DNA of 64,000 nucleotides from Alphaproteobacteria bacterium (GTDB lineage Bacteria; Pseudomonadota; Alphaproteobacteria; RF32; CAG-239): NCBI GenBank assembly GCA_017528205.1, contig JAFXPE010000032.1, positions 225,517 to 289,516 of the forward strand, read 5' to 3'. Shown piece by piece: positions 63,067 to 64,000 of this stretch (position 1 is its first letter; each line of letters starts with the position of its first letter). The notes under the pieces were generated by a model. It saw only the letters and a program-made list of their open reading frames with translations, ran no database searches and was not told where the DNA came from. The position numbers and the translations under genes were made by a program.

Positions 63067-64000
63067 ATTTCGGATATACATGTTGCCAGACAAACGATAG
63101 ACAGAGAAATCGAAGCCTTGAAGGCTATGGAAAACAGCCTTGATGATACGCTGGGCAAAGTGTTGGATGTGTTGCAAAACACCAAAGGCCGCGTAATAGT
63201 TACCGGTATGGGTAAATCCGGCCACATCGGCTGCAAAATTGCGGCCACCATGGCGTCTACCGGAACTCCGGCGTTCTTTTTGCATCCGAGCGAGGCCAGC
63301 CACGGTGATTTAGGTATGGTTACCAAAGACGACGTGGTGCTGGCTATATCAAACAGCGGTGAATCCAAAGAATTACTGGATATTTTAACTTATTGCCGCC
63401 GTTTTTCCATTCCGTTGATTGCCATTACCAAAAATCCGGACAGCTCGCTCGGTCACAACAGCGATTACATTCTGCGTTTGCCTGATAATCGCGAGGCTTG
63501 TCCGCTTGGTTTGGCCCCGATGTCTTCAACCACGGCAACGTTGGTGATGGGCGATATTTTGGCTGCAGCGCTGATGGTGCGCAAAGGCTTTACCGAGCAA
63601 GACTTCCGCTTGCGTCATCCGGGCGGAAAATTGGGTGCTATTTTGCGCCATGTTTCGGATATTATGCACACCGGCGACGAAATGCCGCTAATCGGCGAAG
63701 ACGCCATAATGCAAGATGCCTTGATAAAAATGTCGGAAAAAATGCTCGGTTGCGTGGGTATTACGGACAAGGACGGTAACTTAATCGGGGTTATCACCGA
63801 CGGCGATTTGCGCCGCTGGATGGCTCCGAACCTGATAGAAGAAAAAGTTTCCAAGGTAATGACTAAAAATCCTCGCACTTGCACGGCTGATACTCTTATT
63901 GCCGAGGCGGTTAATATTATGAACAATACCGGCCGCGGAATTACCAATATGTTCGTGCTTGAAAACGGAAAGCCTATCGGTATTGTTCATATTCACGATT
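63067..64000 (+). CDS. kpsF: Arabinose-5-phosphate isomerase KpsF/GutQ (SIS + CBS domains); the C-terminus lies outside the window
   Basis: It begins with a TTG start 7 nt after aaggag. The SIS domain reads VIVTGMGKSGHIGCKIAATMASTGTPAFFLHPSEASHGDLGM. CBS pairs follow. It runs off the window end, so it is absent from the ORF track. Confidence 0.75.
   Translation, partial: MSDIHVARQTIDREIEALKAMENSLDDTLGKVLDVLQNTKGRVIVTGMGKSGHIGCKIAATMASTGTPAFFLHPSEASHGDLGMVTKDDVVLAISNSGESKELLDILTYCRRFSIPLIAITKNPDSSLGHNSDYILRLPDNREACPLGLAPMSSTTATLVMGDILAAALMVRKGFTEQDFRLRHPGGKLGAILRHVSDIMHTGDEMPLIGEDAIMQDALIKMSEKMLGCVGITDKDGNLIGVITDGDLRRWMAPNLIEEKVSKVMTKNPRTCTADTLIAEAVNIMNNTGRGITNMFVLENGKPIGIVHIHD

Overview
This 64-kb window comes from a moderately AT-rich, didermic (Gram-negative-type) bacterium. 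The diderm call rests on a long periplasmic-domain YidC, HflK/HflC, periplasmic HtrA/DegP, the DNA polymerase III chi subunit, KpsF/GutQ and secretins. Reading left to right, the layout is as follows. (1) Coordinates 1-2770 hold two translationally coupled surface-polymer glycosyltransferase genes. One is a GT2-TagF-like fusion that runs off the window start. (2) Coordinates 3091-8786 hold an ankyrin-repeat lipoprotein, a decaying tandem triplet of secreted-protein paralogues, and an MsbA-like ABC exporter. (3) Coordinates 8943-20409 hold a type IVb thin-pilus-like cluster (R64 pilL-S / Tcp / Bfp architecture) on the minus strand. It comprises a lipoprotein secretin, a GspE-family ATPase with a tetracysteine motif, a GspF platform protein and a pilin-like protein. 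A convergent PilT-like retraction ATPase sits next to it. (4) Coordinates 20763-50212 hold a large, non-canonical VirB/Trb-like type IV secretion locus on the plus strand, transcribed divergently from (3). In order it contains three VirB2-like pilin paralogues, VirB3, VirB4, six signal-peptide proteins (one of 1493 aa), VirB8, a VirB7-like lipoprotein, a second VirB8, a long VirB9, two giant repeat proteins of 1523 and 1395 aa, VirB11, and a four-TM membrane protein. The second giant protein ends in an unmistakable VirB10/TrbI C-terminal domain. The giant genes contain about nine near-identical in-frame DNA repeats of roughly 160 bp, an arrangement reminiscent of CagY of the Helicobacter cag system. 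(5) Coordinates 50202-64000 hold a housekeeping block: engB-yidC-yidD-rnpA-rpmH, a 759-aa protein with two HEPN-like R-x4-H motifs, a Bax-inhibitor-family protein, a methyltransferase, apbC/mrp, hflK-hflC-htrA-holC and kpsF (the last runs off the window end). I saw no integrase, relaxase, VirD4 coupling protein, VirB6 homologue, tRNA or CRISPR array in the window. The main candidate for a novel system is the atypical T4SS with its giant repeat-bearing VirB10 pair and its partner pilus. All calls were made by eye from the translated ORFs and motifs; no database search was run.
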